Source of the DNA: Actinomycetota bacterium
GTDB taxonomy: Bacteria > Actinomycetota > Actinomycetes > Nanopelagicales > Nanopelagicaceae
Reading direction: 5' to 3'
Assembly: GCA_947372165.1 (NCBI GenBank)
Contig: CANBSP010000003.1
Span: 31,230-95,229, forward strand
DNA length: 64,000 nucleotides
Shown here: positions 9,228 to 21,331 of the stretch, piece by piece
Position numbering within the stretch: position 1 is the first letter of the stretch
Layout: each line of letters starts with the position of its first letter
The notes under the pieces: model-generated
Told to the model about the DNA's origin: nothing
Databases searched by the model: none
Seen by the model: the letters and a program-made list of their open reading frames with translations, nothing else
Translations under genes and position numbers: made by a program

Positions 9228-11447
9228 GTGTCATTGGTAGAGGGTTTGAACCCACAACAGCAGGCGGCGGTAGTGCACGAGGGTACCCCGTTACTCGTCG
9301 TCGCCGGCGCAGGCTCAGGTAAGACTCGGGTCCTTACTCGAAGAATCGCCTACCTGATGGCAGAACGCGGGGCCGCGCCATTCGAGATTCTCGCCATCAC
9401 CTTTACCAACAAGGCCGCGGCCGAGATGAAGGAGCGCGTCGCCGAACTTGTTGGCGATCGTGCGCGGAGCATGTGGGTATCAACCTTCCACAGCGCCTGC
9501 GTTCGCATCCTGCGCCAAGAAGCGGTTCGCCTCGGTTATTCCAACTCATTCACCATCTATGACTCAAGTGACAGCGTCCGCCTGCTCTCTACCATCATGA
9601 AGGATATGCATTTAGATTCGAAGCAATACACACCTCGCGCGGTCCATGCGATGATCTCGGCGGCGAAGAATGAATTAATGGGACCAGCTGATTTTCAACT
9701 GCAAGCTACAGATGCCTTTCAACATATTGTTGCTGAGATCTTTGCTCTTTATCAACGTCGGCTCCAATCTGCGAATGCGATGGATTTTGATGATTTGATT
9801 GGTAAGACGGTCGATGTCTTACAGAAGTATCCAGAGGCTCGCAATCGATATCGGTCACGTTTTAAACATGTTCTCGTTGATGAGTATCAAGATACCAATC
9901 ACGCCCAATACATTTTGGTACGAGAGTTGGTTGGCACTATCCATGAGGCGATGCCGATTGCCGAGCTCTGCGTCGTAGGTGACGCCGACCAATCCATCTA
10001 TGCCTTCCGCGGTGCAAATATTCGCAATATCTTGCAATTTGAAGAAGATTATCCGAGCGCCACAACCATTCTGCTAGAACAAAATTACCGTTCCACACAG
10101 AATATTCTCGGCGCAGCAAATGCCGTTATCTCGAATAATCCTGGCCGCAAAGAGAAGAATTTGTGGTCACAAGAAGGTGCTGGTGCACCCATTACAGGGT
10201 ATCTCGCAGAGTCCGAACATGATGAAGCCGGCTTTATTGGACGTGAGATCAACCGGATGCGTGATGAGAGTGAATCACAGCCAGGCGATACCGCTATTTT
10301 CTATCGAACAAATGCCCAATCCCGTGTCTTCGAAGAGACCTTCATGCGCATGGCAATTCCCTACAAAGTTGTTGGCGGAGTTCGATTCTACGAACGTAAA
10401 GAGGTAAAGGATTTTCTCGGATATCTGCGTGTTCTGGTCAATGCCGAAGACGAGGTATCACTTCGTCGAATCATCAATACCCCAAAGCGCGGCATCGGTG
10501 ACCGGGCGCTAGAAGTGATCGATGAGTATGCCAAGAGCGCTGGCATCTCATTCTGGAGCGCTCTCTCTCAGGTCCGTAACGCTCCTGGAATAGCGGCACG
10601 AGCCGCCGGTGCGATCAGTGATTTCGTATCCTTGATAGATCAGATGCGCACCTTGGTAGAGGCGAAGGTCAGACCCTCTGTGATCGCCCAAGCTGTTCTT
10701 GAGCAGAGCGGACTCCTCACCGAACTTCAGAACTCTGAAGATCCACAAGATGAAGGACGGATCGAGAATTTAGAGGAACTCGTCTCTGTTGCAACCGAGT
10801 ATGAAGAGGGCGAGGTCGAAGATGGAGAAGAGATCTCACTCCTGGGATTCTTAGAACAAGTCTCACTCGTCGCCGACTCTGATCAGATTCCTGATGGCGA
10901 AAATCATGGCGGCGTCGTCACGTTGATGACACTGCACACGGCAAAGGGATTGGAATTTCCTACTGTCTTCTTAACCGGCATGGAAGAAGGAATTTTTCCC
11001 CATTCGCGCACGCTGGGTGATCCATCAGAGATCGAGGAAGAGCGACGTCTTGCCTATGTGGGACTGACGAGAGCTCGTAAGCGGTTGTATCTCTCTCGTT
11101 CTGAATATCGTTCTTCATGGGGCGCACCGATGTATAACCCGCCATCAAGGTTCCTTGCCGAGATTCCCGATGAGCTCATCACGTGGAATGAAGTTCGCGC
11201 TTCCTCTTCCATCACGACTCGTTCATCTACGCCTCGATCCTTTGGTCCACCACCTAAGGCAACGGGGAAGCGGACGACCGAGACGGTCGCACTCTCGCCA
11301 GGTGATCGTGTGTCCCATGACACATTTGGCCTCGGTACCGTCGTCGAAGTCAGCGGGGATGGCGATCGAGCCCAAGCAACGATCGATTTCGGAAGTGCGG
11401 GCGAGAAGCGCCTCCTCCTTCGATACGCACCGGTCGAGAAGCTCTAA
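9228..11447 (+). CDS. pcrA: ATP-dependent DNA helicase PcrA/UvrD
   Basis: AGAGSGKT Walker A, DEYQDTN, TLHTAKGLEF, VGLTRAR, and a C-terminal Tudor-like tail. Start is uncertain. GTG 9228 is favoured by the TATGCT-N6 pattern. Alternatives are ATG 9195, which would overlap the divergent ATG at 9196, and TTG 9234. Confidence 0.9.
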   Translation: MSLVEGLNPQQQAAVVHEGTPLLVVAGAGSGKTRVLTRRIAYLMAERGAAPFEILAITFTNKAAAEMKERVAELVGDRARSMWVSTFHSACVRILRQEAVRLGYSNSFTIYDSSDSVRLLSTIMKDMHLDSKQYTPRAVHAMISAAKNELMGPADFQLQATDAFQHIVAEIFALYQRRLQSANAMDFDDLIGKTVDVLQKYPEARNRYRSRFKHVLVDEYQDTNHAQYILVRELVGTIHEAMPIAELCVVGDADQSIYAFRGANIRNILQFEEDYPSATTILLEQNYRSTQNILGAANAVISNNPGRKEKNLWSQEGAGAPITGYLAESEHDEAGFIGREINRMRDESESQPGDTAIFYRTNAQSRVFEETFMRMAIPYKVVGGVRFYERKEVKDFLGYLRVLVNAEDEVSLRRIINTPKRGIGDRALEVIDEYAKSAGISFWSALSQVRNAPGIAARAAGAISDFVSLIDQMRTLVEAKVRPSVIAQAVLEQSGLLTELQNSEDPQDEGRIENLEELVSVATEYEEGEVEDGEEISLLGFLEQVSLVADSDQIPDGENHGGVVTLMTLHTAKGLEFPTVFLTGMEEGIFPHSRTLGDPSEIEEERRLAYVGLTRARKRLYLSRSEYRSSWGAPMYNPPSRFLAEIPDELITWNEVRASSSITTRSSTPRSFGPPPKATGKRTTETVALSPGDRVSHDTFGLGTVVEVSGDGDRAQATIDFGSAGEKRLLLRYAPVEKL

Positions 11448-11508
11448 ATCTCTATTAGAATCACGCCCGTCAGGTGGTCGTGTCCTCTATTTTAGATCGG
11501 GGTAGTGA

Positions 11509-12669
11509 GTGGATCTCTTTGAGTATCAAGCTCGAGATCTCTTCGAAGCACATAACATTCCAGTTCTTGGTGGCGCCGTTGCATCTACTGCAGCAGAAGC
11601 TATCAATGCAGCTGCAACTATGGGCGGAAAAGTTGTCGTCAAAGCACAGGTAAAGATCGGTGGTCGCGGCAAGGCTGGCGGCGTTAAGTTGGCAGAGAAT
11701 GCCGAGGATGCAGGCGTCAAGGCTGAAGCAATCCTTGGAATGGATATTAAGGGCCACACCGTTCATAAGGTGATGATTGCTCAAGCAGCACCGATCGCTG
11801 AAGAGTATTACATGGCAATCTTGCTCGACCGTGCCAACCGCAACTTCCTCGTTATGGCATCTGTTGCCGGCGGTATGGAGATTGAAGAAGTTGCACACAC
11901 TCAACCTGAAAAGCTGGCACGAGTTGGTATCGATCCCAATGTTGGAATCTCGCACGCGCAGGCGATCGAGATCGTTAAAGCTGGACAATTCCCAGCCGAA
12001 GTTGTTGATCAAGTAGCGGATGTCCTCCTGAAGTTGTGGGCCGCCTTTGTCGCTGAAGATGCAACCTTGATGGAGATCAATCCACTTGTGAAGACCGAAG
12101 ATGGTCGCATCGTTGCACTCGATGGCAAGGTCACTCTCGATGATAATGCCGCCTTCCGTCATGCCTCCCACGCTGATCTCGAGGATCATGCATCGGCAAA
12201 TCCACTCGAAGCGCTCGCAAAAGAGAAGCACCTCAATTACGTCAAGCTTGACGGCGAAGTTGGAATCATCGGAAACGGTGCAGGCTTGGTCATGAGCACC
12301 TTGGATGTCGTCGCCTATGCTGGCGAAAAGTACGGCGTTAAGCCGGCAAACTTCCTGGATATCGGTGGTGGCGCATCTGCAGAAGTCATGGCAAATGGCC
12401 TCTCCATCATCTTGGGTGACCCAGATGTTCGTAGCGTCTTTGTGAATGTATTCGGTGGCATTACTGCTTGCGATGCAGTCGCTAATGGCATCGTTCAAGC
12501 TCTTGAAATCTTGGGCAGCGCGGCAACAAAGCCGATCGTTGTTCGCCTCGATGGCAATAATGTCCTTGAAGGACGCCGTATTTTGAATGAAGCAGCGCAC
12601 CCATTGGTGCAACAGCTTGAGACCATGGATGGCGCAGCTGCTAAGGCTGCAGAATTGGCGGCGAAATAA
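11509..12669 (+). CDS. sucC: Succinyl-CoA synthetase beta subunit
   Basis: [20 protein letters not shown]-terminus (GTG start), ATP-grasp domain, followed directly by sucD. Confidence 0.95.
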   Translation: MDLFEYQARDLFEAHNIPVLGGAVASTAAEAINAAATMGGKVVVKAQVKIGGRGKAGGVKLAENAEDAGVKAEAILGMDIKGHTVHKVMIAQAAPIAEEYYMAILLDRANRNFLVMASVAGGMEIEEVAHTQPEKLARVGIDPNVGISHAQAIEIVKAGQFPAEVVDQVADVLLKLWAAFVAEDATLMEINPLVKTEDGRIVALDGKVTLDDNAAFRHASHADLEDHASANPLEALAKEKHLNYVKLDGEVGIIGNGAGLVMSTLDVVAYAGEKYGVKPANFLDIGGGASAEVMANGLSIILGDPDVRSVFVNVFGGITACDAVANGIVQALEILGSAATKPIVVRLDGNNVLEGRRILNEAAHPLVQQLETMDGAAAKAAELAAK

Positions 12670-13547
12670 TGGCTATCTTTATTGATGAAAATACCAAGGT
12701 CATTGTTCAAGGTATGACTGGTTCTGAAGGAACCAAACACACTGGCCGAATGATTAAGTCCGGAACCAACATTGTTGGGGGAGTAACCCCAGGCAAGGGC
12801 GGTCAGGTCGTAGAGATCGAAGGCAAGCAACTTCCAGTCTTCAATTCAGTTGCAGAAGCAGTTGCTGCGACGGGTGCAAATGCATCTGTGGTCTTCGTTC
12901 CACCAAAATTTGCCAAAGCAGCTGTGATCGATGCGATCGATGCCGCTCTTCCACTCTGCGTTGTCATCACAGAGGGAATCCCAGTTCACGACTCTGCTGC
13001 CTTCTATGCCTATGCGGCTTCAAAGGGAACAACACGTCTGATCGGTCCAAACTGTCCAGGTCTTATCAGTCCCGGAAAGGCGAATCTCGGAATCATTCCA
13101 GCCGATATCACTGGCCCAGGAAAGATCGGTCTCGTCTCTAAATCCGGAACTCTTACCTATCAGATGATGTTTGAACTCCGTGACTTCGGATTCTCAACAG
13201 CGGTAGGAATTGGTGGCGATCCCATCATCGGCACAACCCATATCGATGCGCTCCGCGCCTTCCAGGATGATCCTGAGACGGAAGCGATTGTGATGATTGG
13301 CGAGATTGGTGGCGACGCAGAAGAGCGTGCTGCCGCATTTATCAAGGAATATGTCACCAAGCCAGTCGTTGGTTACGTCGCAGGATTCACCGCCCCAGAA
13401 GGAAAGACCATGGGACATGCAGGTGCAATTGTCTCTGGTTCATCCGGAACAGCACAGGCGAAGAAAGAAGCACTTGAAGCCGCAGGAGTTGCAGTTGGCA
13501 AGACGCCAAGTGAGACAGCTGCATTGATGCGCAAGCTGCTTGCGTAA
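12669..13547 (+). CDS. sucD: Succinyl-CoA synthetase alpha subunit
   Basis: [15 protein letters not shown], the SKSGTLTYQ region and MGHAGAIV (catalytic His loop). 1-nt overlap with the sucC stop. Confidence 0.95.
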   Translation: MAIFIDENTKVIVQGMTGSEGTKHTGRMIKSGTNIVGGVTPGKGGQVVEIEGKQLPVFNSVAEAVAATGANASVVFVPPKFAKAAVIDAIDAALPLCVVITEGIPVHDSAAFYAYAASKGTTRLIGPNCPGLISPGKANLGIIPADITGPGKIGLVSKSGTLTYQMMFELRDFGFSTAVGIGGDPIIGTTHIDALRAFQDDPETEAIVMIGEIGGDAEERAAAFIKEYVTKPVVGYVAGFTAPEGKTMGHAGAIVSGSSGTAQAKKEALEAAGVAVGKTPSETAALMRKLLA

Positions 13548-13565
13548 CCGAAACTAGTAGCACAC

Positions 13566-14657
13566 ATGCTAAAGCGCAGCCTCGCGGTCTCCTTTCAACA
13601 GGCCGCGCGGGCCGTCGCTTTAACCTTATTTCCCGCTAGTTTCATATCACTCTTTGCCTGGGCAACTGCGGGCAGTCAATCAGGAAACACTGTGGACCCG
13701 TTGCGTGGATCGGTCTGGATCTGGCTCGGAGCACATCTGGTTCCATTTCACTTAGCGATCTCCAGTAGTCGTACCGCTGGCGCACTCACAATTTTGCCGA
13801 TTGGCGCACTCATCTTCCCAATCTGGGCGATCCGTAAATCATTTCCTAAGGTGAGAGCAGCACTTCCTAAAATAGAAGGCGCACGCTTCTTCTTCGCACT
13901 GACTTATACAGTGATTGCAACGGTATTAGCCGTACTTTCACGCAGCGGCGGAATCACCCCGCTCTGGTATTTCGTTCCGCTCTTCACCTTCCCGATCTCA
14001 TACATTGCGACCTACGATTTCCAAGCTTCGGAGACGCGCTATATGCGTTTTGCCTTCCACGCGATCCTTCTCTTCTGGGGTATTGCTGGAGTGGTTATGG
14101 GAATTTCGCTCCTCTCGCACTGGAATGTACTTCATGATCTTGGAGTCGTTGTCGCTCCAGGGTTCATTGGGGGATTCCTCTTCCTGATCATTCAGGCCCT
14201 CTACATACCTAATGCGGCATTTGCCGGTCTTGCCTATCTGACAGGCGTTGGTTTTCATCTCGGAGCAGGAACTTCGATTGCAGCAACTCATTTCATAGTT
14301 CACGGTATTCCTGCAATTCCACTCCTTGCGGCCTTACCAACAGGCAAGCACCCAGTGCTCTCGTTTGGATATGCGCTCATCGCACTTTTTGCTGTCGTCG
14401 TCTTACTTCCAGTCTTGCGCGAAAACTCGCTCTTTAAGAGTCGCCAATTCTTCGCCCTTCGCACATCGCTTTTGACAGTTCTTCTGCTCGCAATCTTTTC
14501 ATTTATTTCATCAGGTGAATTGCTGACCTCGCAGATGTATCCAGTCGGCGTTATCTGGTGGCGGCTAGCCTCATATTTCGCATCTGCCTTCTTAGGTGTT
14601 CTCGTGCTTACGACCTATCTTCCTGCTCTCGTGAAGAGAGCGCGCCATAATGGCTAG
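13566..14657 (+). CDS. Polytopic membrane protein, PerM-like (DUF6350-type) by position
   Basis: About 10 predicted TM helices. It lies between sucD and purN, exactly where M. tuberculosis encodes PerM (Rv0955). The assignment rests on synteny plus topology only. Confidence 0.55.
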   Translation: MLKRSLAVSFQQAARAVALTLFPASFISLFAWATAGSQSGNTVDPLRGSVWIWLGAHLVPFHLAISSSRTAGALTILPIGALIFPIWAIRKSFPKVRAALPKIEGARFFFALTYTVIATVLAVLSRSGGITPLWYFVPLFTFPISYIATYDFQASETRYMRFAFHAILLFWGIAGVVMGISLLSHWNVLHDLGVVVAPGFIGGFLFLIIQALYIPNAAFAGLAYLTGVGFHLGAGTSIAATHFIVHGIPAIPLLAALPTGKHPVLSFGYALIALFAVVVLLPVLRENSLFKSRQFFALRTSLLTVLLLAIFSFISSGELLTSQMYPVGVIWWRLASYFASAFLGVLVLTTYLPALVKRARHNG

Positions 14658-15222
14658 CGAGCAAAAGCGCATCCTTCTTCTCGCATCTGGCTCGGGTTCA
14701 CTCGCCCAAGCGATCTTTGATTCCTCCCTAATGAATCAATGCGAGGTAGTCGGACTCGTTTCGGATAAGCAATCAATGGCACTCGATCGCGCACGTTCTG
14801 CCGGTGTGAAAGATTATTTCCTGCCGATGAGAGAGAACCGCTCTACGTGGGACTCAGAGATCTACGCACTTACAGAATCATTGACTCCAGATTTGGTCGT
14901 GAGCGTCGGCTTCATGCGTATCCTCTCGCCCGAATATGTGAACCGCTTCAAGGTTATGAATACCCATCCAGCTCTCCTCCCTGCTTTCCCTGGTGCACAT
15001 GCGGTGCGAGATGCCTTAGCCGCCGGATTGAGTGAGACCGGGACAAGCGTGCATTGGGTTGATGCCGGAGTAGATACCGGCCCAGTTATCGCCCAACGTG
15101 CAGTGGCGATCACACCCGGGGAGAGTGAAGAAACTCTGCACGAACGTATTAAGATTGTCGAGCGAGACCTCATCGTTGAGACGCTTACCGCCTGGTTACA
15201 AGAAGATGACGGAGCCCGATAA
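14650..15222 (+). CDS. purN: Phosphoribosylglycinamide formyltransferase
   Basis: [33 protein letters not shown] motifs. Upstream of purH. Confidence 0.92.
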   Translation: MASEQKRILLLASGSGSLAQAIFDSSLMNQCEVVGLVSDKQSMALDRARSAGVKDYFLPMRENRSTWDSEIYALTESLTPDLVVSVGFMRILSPEYVNRFKVMNTHPALLPAFPGAHAVRDALAAGLSETGTSVHWVDAGVDTGPVIAQRAVAITPGESEETLHERIKIVERDLIVETLTAWLQEDDGAR

Positions 15223-15224
15223 AG

Positions 15225-16766
15225 ATGAGCGAGAGAAAAGCAATCCGCCGTGCGCTAATCAGCGTCTATGACAAGAGTGGTTTACTAGAACTTGGGAGTG
15301 CCCTGCATCAGGCTGGTGTTGAGATCCTCTCCACCGGATCTACTGCAAAGTCACTCGCAGCAGCAGGCATTCCCGTAATCGCAGTTGAGGATTACACCGG
15401 CTTCCCAGAGATGATGGGCGGTCGAGTGAAGACGCTCCATCCACGTATTCATGGCGGCATACTTGCTGACCAAGCTAATCCCGAGCACCTCGAGGCAATC
15501 GCTTCACACGATATTGCACCATTCGATCTCATCGTCGTGAACCTCTATCCGTTTAGTCAGACGATCGCGACCACTGATGACTTCGCCGAATGCATAGAGC
15601 AGATCGATATCGGCGGCCCAAGCATGTTGCGTGGAGCGGCGAAGAACCATGGATCGGTCGCTGTCATCAGTGATCCATCACAGTATTCATTGCTCTTTTC
15701 AGCTCTTAACCAAGGTGGATTCACACGGGATGAGCGCATCGAACTCGCAATGGCGACCTTTAGAACGACAGCCGAATATGACATGACGATTGCAACGTGG
15801 CTTGGTCAGCGCAGTGGTAAATCAGATGATTGGCGAGCAGAGGTATGGCATCGGATCTCTGGGCTGCGGTACGGTGAGAATCCCCACCAGAGCGCATCGG
15901 TCTATGGATCGGTTGCAGGATCTGGCATCGCTCAAGCAAAGCAACTTCATGGCAAAGAGATGTCCTTTAATAATTACACTGATGCTGATGCTGCACTTCG
16001 CGCCGCATTTGATCATCAAGATCCATGTGTCGCGATCATCAAACATGCGAACCCTTGTGGCATTGCAACATCTTCTGATATCACAAGCGCACACCAGAAA
16101 GCCCATGCCTGTGACCCGGTCTCAGCATTCGGAGGAGTAGTTGCAGCAAACCGCGAAGTGACAACTGCAATGGCCAAGAACCTCAGCGAAATCTTTACCG
16201 AAGTTGTTATCGCTCCATCATTCGAGGTAGAGGCGATCGAGATCTTAAGTAAGAAGCCATCTATTCGCTTATTGACGATCGATGGCTATTCGATTCCACG
16301 AGATGAGCTTCGCCCAATCTCTGGTGGCTTACTGATTCAAGGTTCGGACCTGATTGATGCTGCTGGCGATGATCCTAAGAATTGGAAGCAAGTAAGTGGT
16401 GATGCAGTTTCAGCCGAGGTACTTGCTGATCTCGCCTTTGCCTGGCGCGCAGTTCGCGCTGTAAAGAGCAATGCAATCCTCCTTGCCCATGACCTGGCTT
16501 CTGTGGGTGTTGGCATGGGGCAAGTTAATCGAGTCGACTCCGCCCGGCTTGCCGTGAGTAGAGCAGGAGATCGTGCGCGAGGTTCGGTCGCATCCAGTGA
16601 TGCCTTCTTCCCATTCGCCGATGGTCTACAGATTTTGATTGATGCTGGCGTAGTTGCTGTAGTTCAACCAGGTGGGAGCGTTCGTGATGAAGAAGTCATT
16701 GCGGCAGCACAAGCAGCTGGAATCGCTATGTTTATGACGGGTACCCGCCACTTTTCGCACGCATGA
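15225..16766 (+). CDS. purH: Bifunctional AICAR transformylase / IMP cyclohydrolase
   Basis: [17 protein letters not shown]-like [16 protein letters not shown]-terminal TGTRHFSH. Confidence 0.95.
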   Translation: MSERKAIRRALISVYDKSGLLELGSALHQAGVEILSTGSTAKSLAAAGIPVIAVEDYTGFPEMMGGRVKTLHPRIHGGILADQANPEHLEAIASHDIAPFDLIVVNLYPFSQTIATTDDFAECIEQIDIGGPSMLRGAAKNHGSVAVISDPSQYSLLFSALNQGGFTRDERIELAMATFRTTAEYDMTIATWLGQRSGKSDDWRAEVWHRISGLRYGENPHQSASVYGSVAGSGIAQAKQLHGKEMSFNNYTDADAALRAAFDHQDPCVAIIKHANPCGIATSSDITSAHQKAHACDPVSAFGGVVAANREVTTAMAKNLSEIFTEVVIAPSFEVEAIEILSKKPSIRLLTIDGYSIPRDELRPISGGLLIQGSDLIDAAGDDPKNWKQVSGDAVSAEVLADLAFAWRAVRAVKSNAILLAHDLASVGVGMGQVNRVDSARLAVSRAGDRARGSVASSDAFFPFADGLQILIDAGVVAVVQPGGSVRDEEVIAAAQAAGIAMFMTGTRHFSHA

Positions 16767-16796
16767 CTTCTCGCAAGAGAAAGATAGGATCCACCC

Positions 16797-17633
16797 ATGA
16801 GCGCAGTGATACTTGATGGCAAGGCAACGGCTTCTGCGATCAAATCCGAACTCAAGGTGAAGGTCGACGCCATGGCAGTTAAGCCAGGGCTTGGGACGAT
16901 TCTGGTTGGCGATGATCCTGGCTCACATTCATATGTGGGCGGCAAGCATAAAGATTGCGCCGAAGTTGGTATTCACTCGATCCGTATTGATCTTCCGTCA
17001 ACCGCTTCGCACAACGATGTCGTTGCGGCGATTAATGATCTCAATAACGCGTCGGAGTGCACTGGGTACATCGTGCAACTCCCACTTCCTCGTGGAATTA
17101 ATGCCAATCTCATCCTTGAGACAATCGACCCGGCGAAAGATGCCGATGGGCTTCATCCGCTTAACCTTGGAAAGCTTGTCATCGGTGAAGCGGCACCACT
17201 TCCATGCACGCCTCGTGGAATCATCGAGCTGCTCCATCGCTATGGCATCTCTACTCGCGGAGCAGAGGTCGTCATCGTTGGTCGTGGCCTTACTGTTGGC
17301 CGTCCGTTGGGATTGATGCTAACTCGCCGCGGCGATGATGCAACTGTCACCACCACCCATACCGGAACCAAAGATCTCGCCTTCCACACTAAACGCGCAG
17401 ATATCGTTGTCGCTGCAGTGGGAGTGCCACACTCGATCACCGCAGATATGGTCAAGCCCGGCGCTGCAGTTCTCGATGTGGGTATTACCCGTACTGATGC
17501 CGGACTCATGGGCGATATTCACCCCGATGTCCGCGAGATTGCGGGTTACTTCGCGCCAAACCCAGGCGGAGTTGGCCCGATGACCCGTGCCATGTTGCTT
17601 ACAAATGTTGTGGAGTCGGCACTGAGAGCATGA
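16797..17633 (+). CDS. folD: Bifunctional methylene-THF dehydrogenase / methenyl-THF cyclohydrolase
   Basis: [37 protein letters not shown] motifs. Confidence 0.95.
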   Translation: MSAVILDGKATASAIKSELKVKVDAMAVKPGLGTILVGDDPGSHSYVGGKHKDCAEVGIHSIRIDLPSTASHNDVVAAINDLNNASECTGYIVQLPLPRGINANLILETIDPAKDADGLHPLNLGKLVIGEAAPLPCTPRGIIELLHRYGISTRGAEVVIVGRGLTVGRPLGLMLTRRGDDATVTTTHTGTKDLAFHTKRADIVVAAVGVPHSITADMVKPGAAVLDVGITRTDAGLMGDIHPDVREIAGYFAPNPGGVGPMTRAMLLTNVVESALRA

Positions 17634-17860
17634 AGACCACGACCGAGCAGGTATCAGTGATCGCGATTGTTTGTGGAATCGCGCTCGCGCTCTTTGGCAC
17701 TGTTCGATCTGGCGCAATCCTGCTCGCACTTGGTGGGGGATCCTTCTCCTACCTGAAGTACAAGCGGATCGGCATGAAGCGTCGAATTGAGTTATTTCTG
17801 CCACTGGCTATAGCGTGCGCGCTCCTGGTCGTGGCAGTCACCCTCCCTCATGGGAGGTAG
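17630..17860 (+). CDS. Small 3-TM membrane protein (DUF3017-like by position after folD)
   Basis: 76 aa and hydrophobic, with an ATGA overlap onto the folD stop. The family name is inferred from the usual actinobacterial neighbourhood. Confidence 0.55.
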   Translation: MKTTTEQVSVIAIVCGIALALFGTVRSGAILLALGGGSFSYLKYKRIGMKRRIELFLPLAIACALLVVAVTLPHGR

Positions 17861-17926
17861 CATTTTGGCAGGATTTTTACCCACCCCGATAAACCCAGAT
17901 GATCAAAGAGAAGGCAGGCTAGAGAG

Positions 17927-18883
17927 ATGGCGCTAAAAGGAAAAGTCACAGTTGTGGGATCTGGCTTCTATGGATCGACCACTGCACTGCGACTAGCTGA
18001 GTACAACATCTTCGAGACCGTGGTCTTAACCGATATTGTCGAAGGCAAGCCAGAAGGCCTCGCACTCGATATGAATCAATCTCGCGCAATCGAAGGCTTT
18101 GAGACCAAGATTATCGGAGCAACGACTACTGCCGAAGGCGCTGGTTATGAAGCAACTGCAAACTCTGATGTTGTCGTGATCACTGCTGGGCTACCTCGCA
18201 AGCCAGGAATGTCACGTATGGATCTTATTGGCGTGAATGCCGGCATTGTTCGTGGCGTTGCCGAAAACATCGCAAAGCATTCACCACGCGCCGTCATCAT
18301 CGTTGTCTCGAATCCACTTGATGAAATGACTGCGCTCGCTCAGATCGCTACTGGTTTCCCAAAGAATCAAGTGATGGGCCAGGCGGGAATGTTAGATACC
18401 GCGCGATTCACAAACTTTGTTGCAGAAAAAGTTGGCGTACCCGTTGGATCAGTAAAGACGCTCACACTCGGTTCGCATGGCGAGACGATGGTTCCGGTCC
18501 CAAGCCGTTGCACAGTAGATGGCAAGCCATTGAGTGAAATCTTGAGTGAGACGGAGATCGCTGATCTTGTTGATCGCACCCGCAATGGTGGTGCTGAAGT
18601 CGTCGCCCTCCTCAAGACTGGATCTGCTTACTACGCACCATCAGCGGCCGCTGCACGTATGGCAAAGGCAGTCATTGAAGATTCAGGTGCCGTCATGCCA
18701 GTTTGTGCATGGGTCGATGGCCAATATGGAATCGAAGGTGTCTATCTTGGCGTAGAGGCCGAGATTGGTAAGAGTGGAGTTCGTAAGGTCGTTGAAAGTG
18801 CTCTTACTGCAAGCGAAGTTGATGCACTCAAGGTTGCGGCCGAAGCGGTCCGCGCTAAGCAAGCCGATGTAAAGGAGCTCTAA
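17927..18883 (+). CDS. mdh: Malate dehydrogenase (LDH-like type)
   Basis: [10 protein letters not shown] Rossmann motif, [22 protein letters not shown]. Confidence 0.92.
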   Translation: MALKGKVTVVGSGFYGSTTALRLAEYNIFETVVLTDIVEGKPEGLALDMNQSRAIEGFETKIIGATTTAEGAGYEATANSDVVVITAGLPRKPGMSRMDLIGVNAGIVRGVAENIAKHSPRAVIIVVSNPLDEMTALAQIATGFPKNQVMGQAGMLDTARFTNFVAEKVGVPVGSVKTLTLGSHGETMVPVPSRCTVDGKPLSEILSETEIADLVDRTRNGGAEVVALLKTGSAYYAPSAAAARMAKAVIEDSGAVMPVCAWVDGQYGIEGVYLGVEAEIGKSGVRKVVESALTASEVDALKVAAEAVRAKQADVKEL

Positions 18884-18885
18884 GA

Positions 18886-20109
18886 ATGGCAAATGTCTCA
18901 AAGATTAAGGTAACTGGAACCGTTGTAGAGCTCGATGGCGATGAGATGACTCGCATCATCTGGCAGTTCATCAAGGATAAGTTGATCCTTCCTTACCTCG
19001 ATGTGAACCTTGAATATTACGATCTCGGAATCGAAAAGCGCGATGAGACTGATGACCAGATCACCATCGATGCTGCCAAGGCGATTCAGAAGCATGGCGT
19101 CGGTATCAAGTGTGCAACCATCACTCCAGATGAGGCACGAGTAGAAGAGTTCGGCCTGAAGAAGATGTGGAAATCTCCAAACGGAACTATCCGCAATATC
19201 TTGGGCGGCGTAATCTTCCGTGAGCCGATCATCATCTCTAATGTGCCGCGACTTGTCCCGCATTGGACTCAGCCAATTGTTATCGGCCGTCATGCATTCG
19301 GTGATCAGTACCGTGCAACAGATTTCAAAGTACCAGGTGCTGGAAAACTCACAATGACTTTCGTGCCAGAAGATGGCTCGGCCCCACTCGAGCACACTGT
19401 CTTTGATTTCCCAGGTTCTGGCGTTGCTATGGCGATGTACAACCTTGATGACTCCATTCGTGACTTCGCTCGCGCCTCTCTGAACTACGGCATTAAGCGT
19501 AAGTACCCGGTCTACCTCTCAACCAAGAACACAATCTTGAAGGCCTATGACGGTCGCTTCAAAGATATCTTTGAAGAGATCTACCAGGCCGAGTTCAAGG
19601 CCGAATTTGAGAAGCTTGGGATCTGGTACGAGCACCGTCTCATCGATGACATGGTTGCCATGTCACTTCGCATGGAAGGCGGATACGTCTGGGCCTGTAA
19701 GAATTACGATGGCGATGTCCAATCCGATACCGTCGCTCAAGGTTATGGATCACTGGGACTTATGACATCAGTCTTGATGACCCCAGATGGAAAAGTTGTT
19801 GAATCTGAAGCAGCTCACGGAACAGTGACTCGTCACTACCGCGATCACCAAAAGGGTAAAGAGACATCCACAAATCCAATCGCCTCGATCTTCGCTTGGA
19901 CTCAGGGTCTTGCTCACCGTGCCAAGCTGGATAACAATCCCGAACTCGCAAAGTTCACCCAGACACTTGAAGCGGTCTGTGTTCAAACTGTTGAATCAGG
20001 AAAGATGACGAAGGATCTTGCTCTTCTCATCGCACCAGATGCGCCATATTTGAATACCCAGGCATTCCTCGCTGCGATTGACGAGAACCTTCAGAAGGCT
20101 CTCTCCTAA
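18886..20109 (+). CDS. icd: NADP-dependent isocitrate dehydrogenase (homodimeric, eukaryote-like subfamily)
   Basis: 407 aa. [22 protein letters not shown] and the NYDGDVQSD motif are typical of the IDH1-like subfamily. Confidence 0.93.
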   Translation: MANVSKIKVTGTVVELDGDEMTRIIWQFIKDKLILPYLDVNLEYYDLGIEKRDETDDQITIDAAKAIQKHGVGIKCATITPDEARVEEFGLKKMWKSPNGTIRNILGGVIFREPIIISNVPRLVPHWTQPIVIGRHAFGDQYRATDFKVPGAGKLTMTFVPEDGSAPLEHTVFDFPGSGVAMAMYNLDDSIRDFARASLNYGIKRKYPVYLSTKNTILKAYDGRFKDIFEEIYQAEFKAEFEKLGIWYEHRLIDDMVAMSLRMEGGYVWACKNYDGDVQSDTVAQGYGSLGLMTSVLMTPDGKVVESEAAHGTVTRHYRDHQKGKETSTNPIASIFAWTQGLAHRAKLDNNPELAKFTQTLEAVCVQTVESGKMTKDLALLIAPDAPYLNTQAFLAAIDENLQKALS

Positions 20110-20140
20110 GCAGTTGATAGATGCGATCTTGATAGAGATC

Positions 20141-20176
20141 AAAAAACCCCCGCACCATCTGGTGCGGGGGTTTTTT
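20141..20176. terminator. Bidirectional intrinsic terminator between icd (+) and the ABC ATPase (-)
   Basis: aaaaaa-cccccgcacc-atct-ggtgcggggg-tttttt: a 10-bp GC-rich stem and 4-nt loop, flanked by an A6 run and a T6 run. Confidence 0.85.
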
Positions 20177-20190
20177 GTGCCTACCTTTAA

Positions 20191-21282
20191 TTACTTTGCT
20201 ACGCGCTCTCCGGTTGTTGAATCGAAGAGGTGGATCGCTGCTGGATTAGCTTCAACAGTGATGGTCTGACCAGGCTTTGGTGGGTTCTTTGGATCCCAAC
20301 GAACAATAACCTGTGCGCCTTCATCACTATCTTGAGCGAACTTCACATCAGAATCAACTGGCTTGCCGTAGACGAAGGCATCTGATCCGAGCTCTTCAAC
20401 AACTTCAACGAGCACCTTGAATCCAGTTGCTGCAGGAACAAAGGCCTCTGGGCGAACGCCGACTGTGACAGTTGCACCAGCAGATGCTGGAACTGCAAAC
20501 TTGAAGTCACCTACGTGTGCTTGACCACCTGAGACATTGACGCGAAGGAGGTTCATGGCAGGGGAGCCGATGAAGCCAGCGACGAATGCATTTGCTGGGT
20601 TGTCATACAAGTTACGTGGTGTATCAACTTGCTGAAGTAGACCATCTTTGAGCACCGCTACGCGATCACCCATGGTCATCGCTTCAACTTGATCGTGCGT
20701 TACGTAAACAGTGGTGATACCAAGGCGACGCTGGAGTGCAGCGATCTGAGTACGTGTTGCAACACGGAGCTTGGCATCGAGGTTTGATAGTGGTTCATCC
20801 ATCAAGAAGACTTGTGGTTCGCGAACGATTGCACGACCCATTGCTACGCGCTGACGTTGTCCGCCAGAGAGCGCCTTAGGCTTGCGATCGAGGTATGGCT
20901 CGAGGTCGAGCAACTTTGCAGCTTCGAGAACGCGGCGATCACGCTCTTCCTTTTCTACGCCAGCGATCTTGAGCGCGAAGCCCATATTCTCGGCGACAGA
21001 CATATGTGGGTAGAGAGCGTATGACTGGAATACCATCGCGATATCGCGATCTTTTGGAGCAACGTTTGTTACGTCGCGGTCGCCGATTCGGATAGTTCCG
21101 CCATCGACTTCCTCAAGTCCGGCCAACATGCGAAGCGATGTTGACTTACCGCAACCCGATGGGCCGACGAGTACGAGGAATTCACCATCATTGACGGTGA
21201 GGTTTAACTTATCTACTGCAGGCTTCGTTGTGCCTGGATAGATGCGTGATGCATTTTCGAATACGACTGATGCCATGGGCAA
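20191..21282 (-). CDS. Sugar ABC transporter ATP-binding protein (MsiK/UgpC/MalK type), not adjacent to any permease
   Basis: Walker A GPSGCGKST, LSGGQRQR, FLMDEPLSNLD, plus a C-terminal MalK-type regulatory domain. The start may be ATG 21282 or ATG 21276. Confidence 0.9.
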   Translation of the reverse strand: MPMASVVFENASRIYPGTTKPAVDKLNLTVNDGEFLVLVGPSGCGKSTSLRMLAGLEEVDGGTIRIGDRDVTNVAPKDRDIAMVFQSYALYPHMSVAENMGFALKIAGVEKEERDRRVLEAAKLLDLEPYLDRKPKALSGGQRQRVAMGRAIVREPQVFLMDEPLSNLDAKLRVATRTQIAALQRRLGITTVYVTHDQVEAMTMGDRVAVLKDGLLQQVDTPRNLYDNPANAFVAGFIGSPAMNLLRVNVSGGQAHVGDFKFAVPASAGATVTVGVRPEAFVPAATGFKVLVEVVEELGSDAFVYGKPVDSDVKFAQDSDEGAQVIVRWDPKNPPKPGQTITVEANPAAIHLFDSTTGERVAK

Positions 21283-21331
21283 TCACTCCTTCTCCGGGCA
21301 GGTACGTGCCCGACGGTCCGTTGGATGAAGG

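Noticed and set aside
11470-12612. 380-aa open frame on the minus strand covering almost all of sucC
   Set aside because: The frame is codon-aligned antisense to sucC (12610-12612 is exactly a sense codon). Its stops would therefore correspond to sense TTA, CTA and TCA codons. Their absence is what strong codon bias in a highly expressed gene produces. The translated product is Cys-rich and compositionally odd, has no recognisable domain, and lacks an RBS or promoter context. I treat it as a by-product. Ribosome profiling would be needed to revive it.
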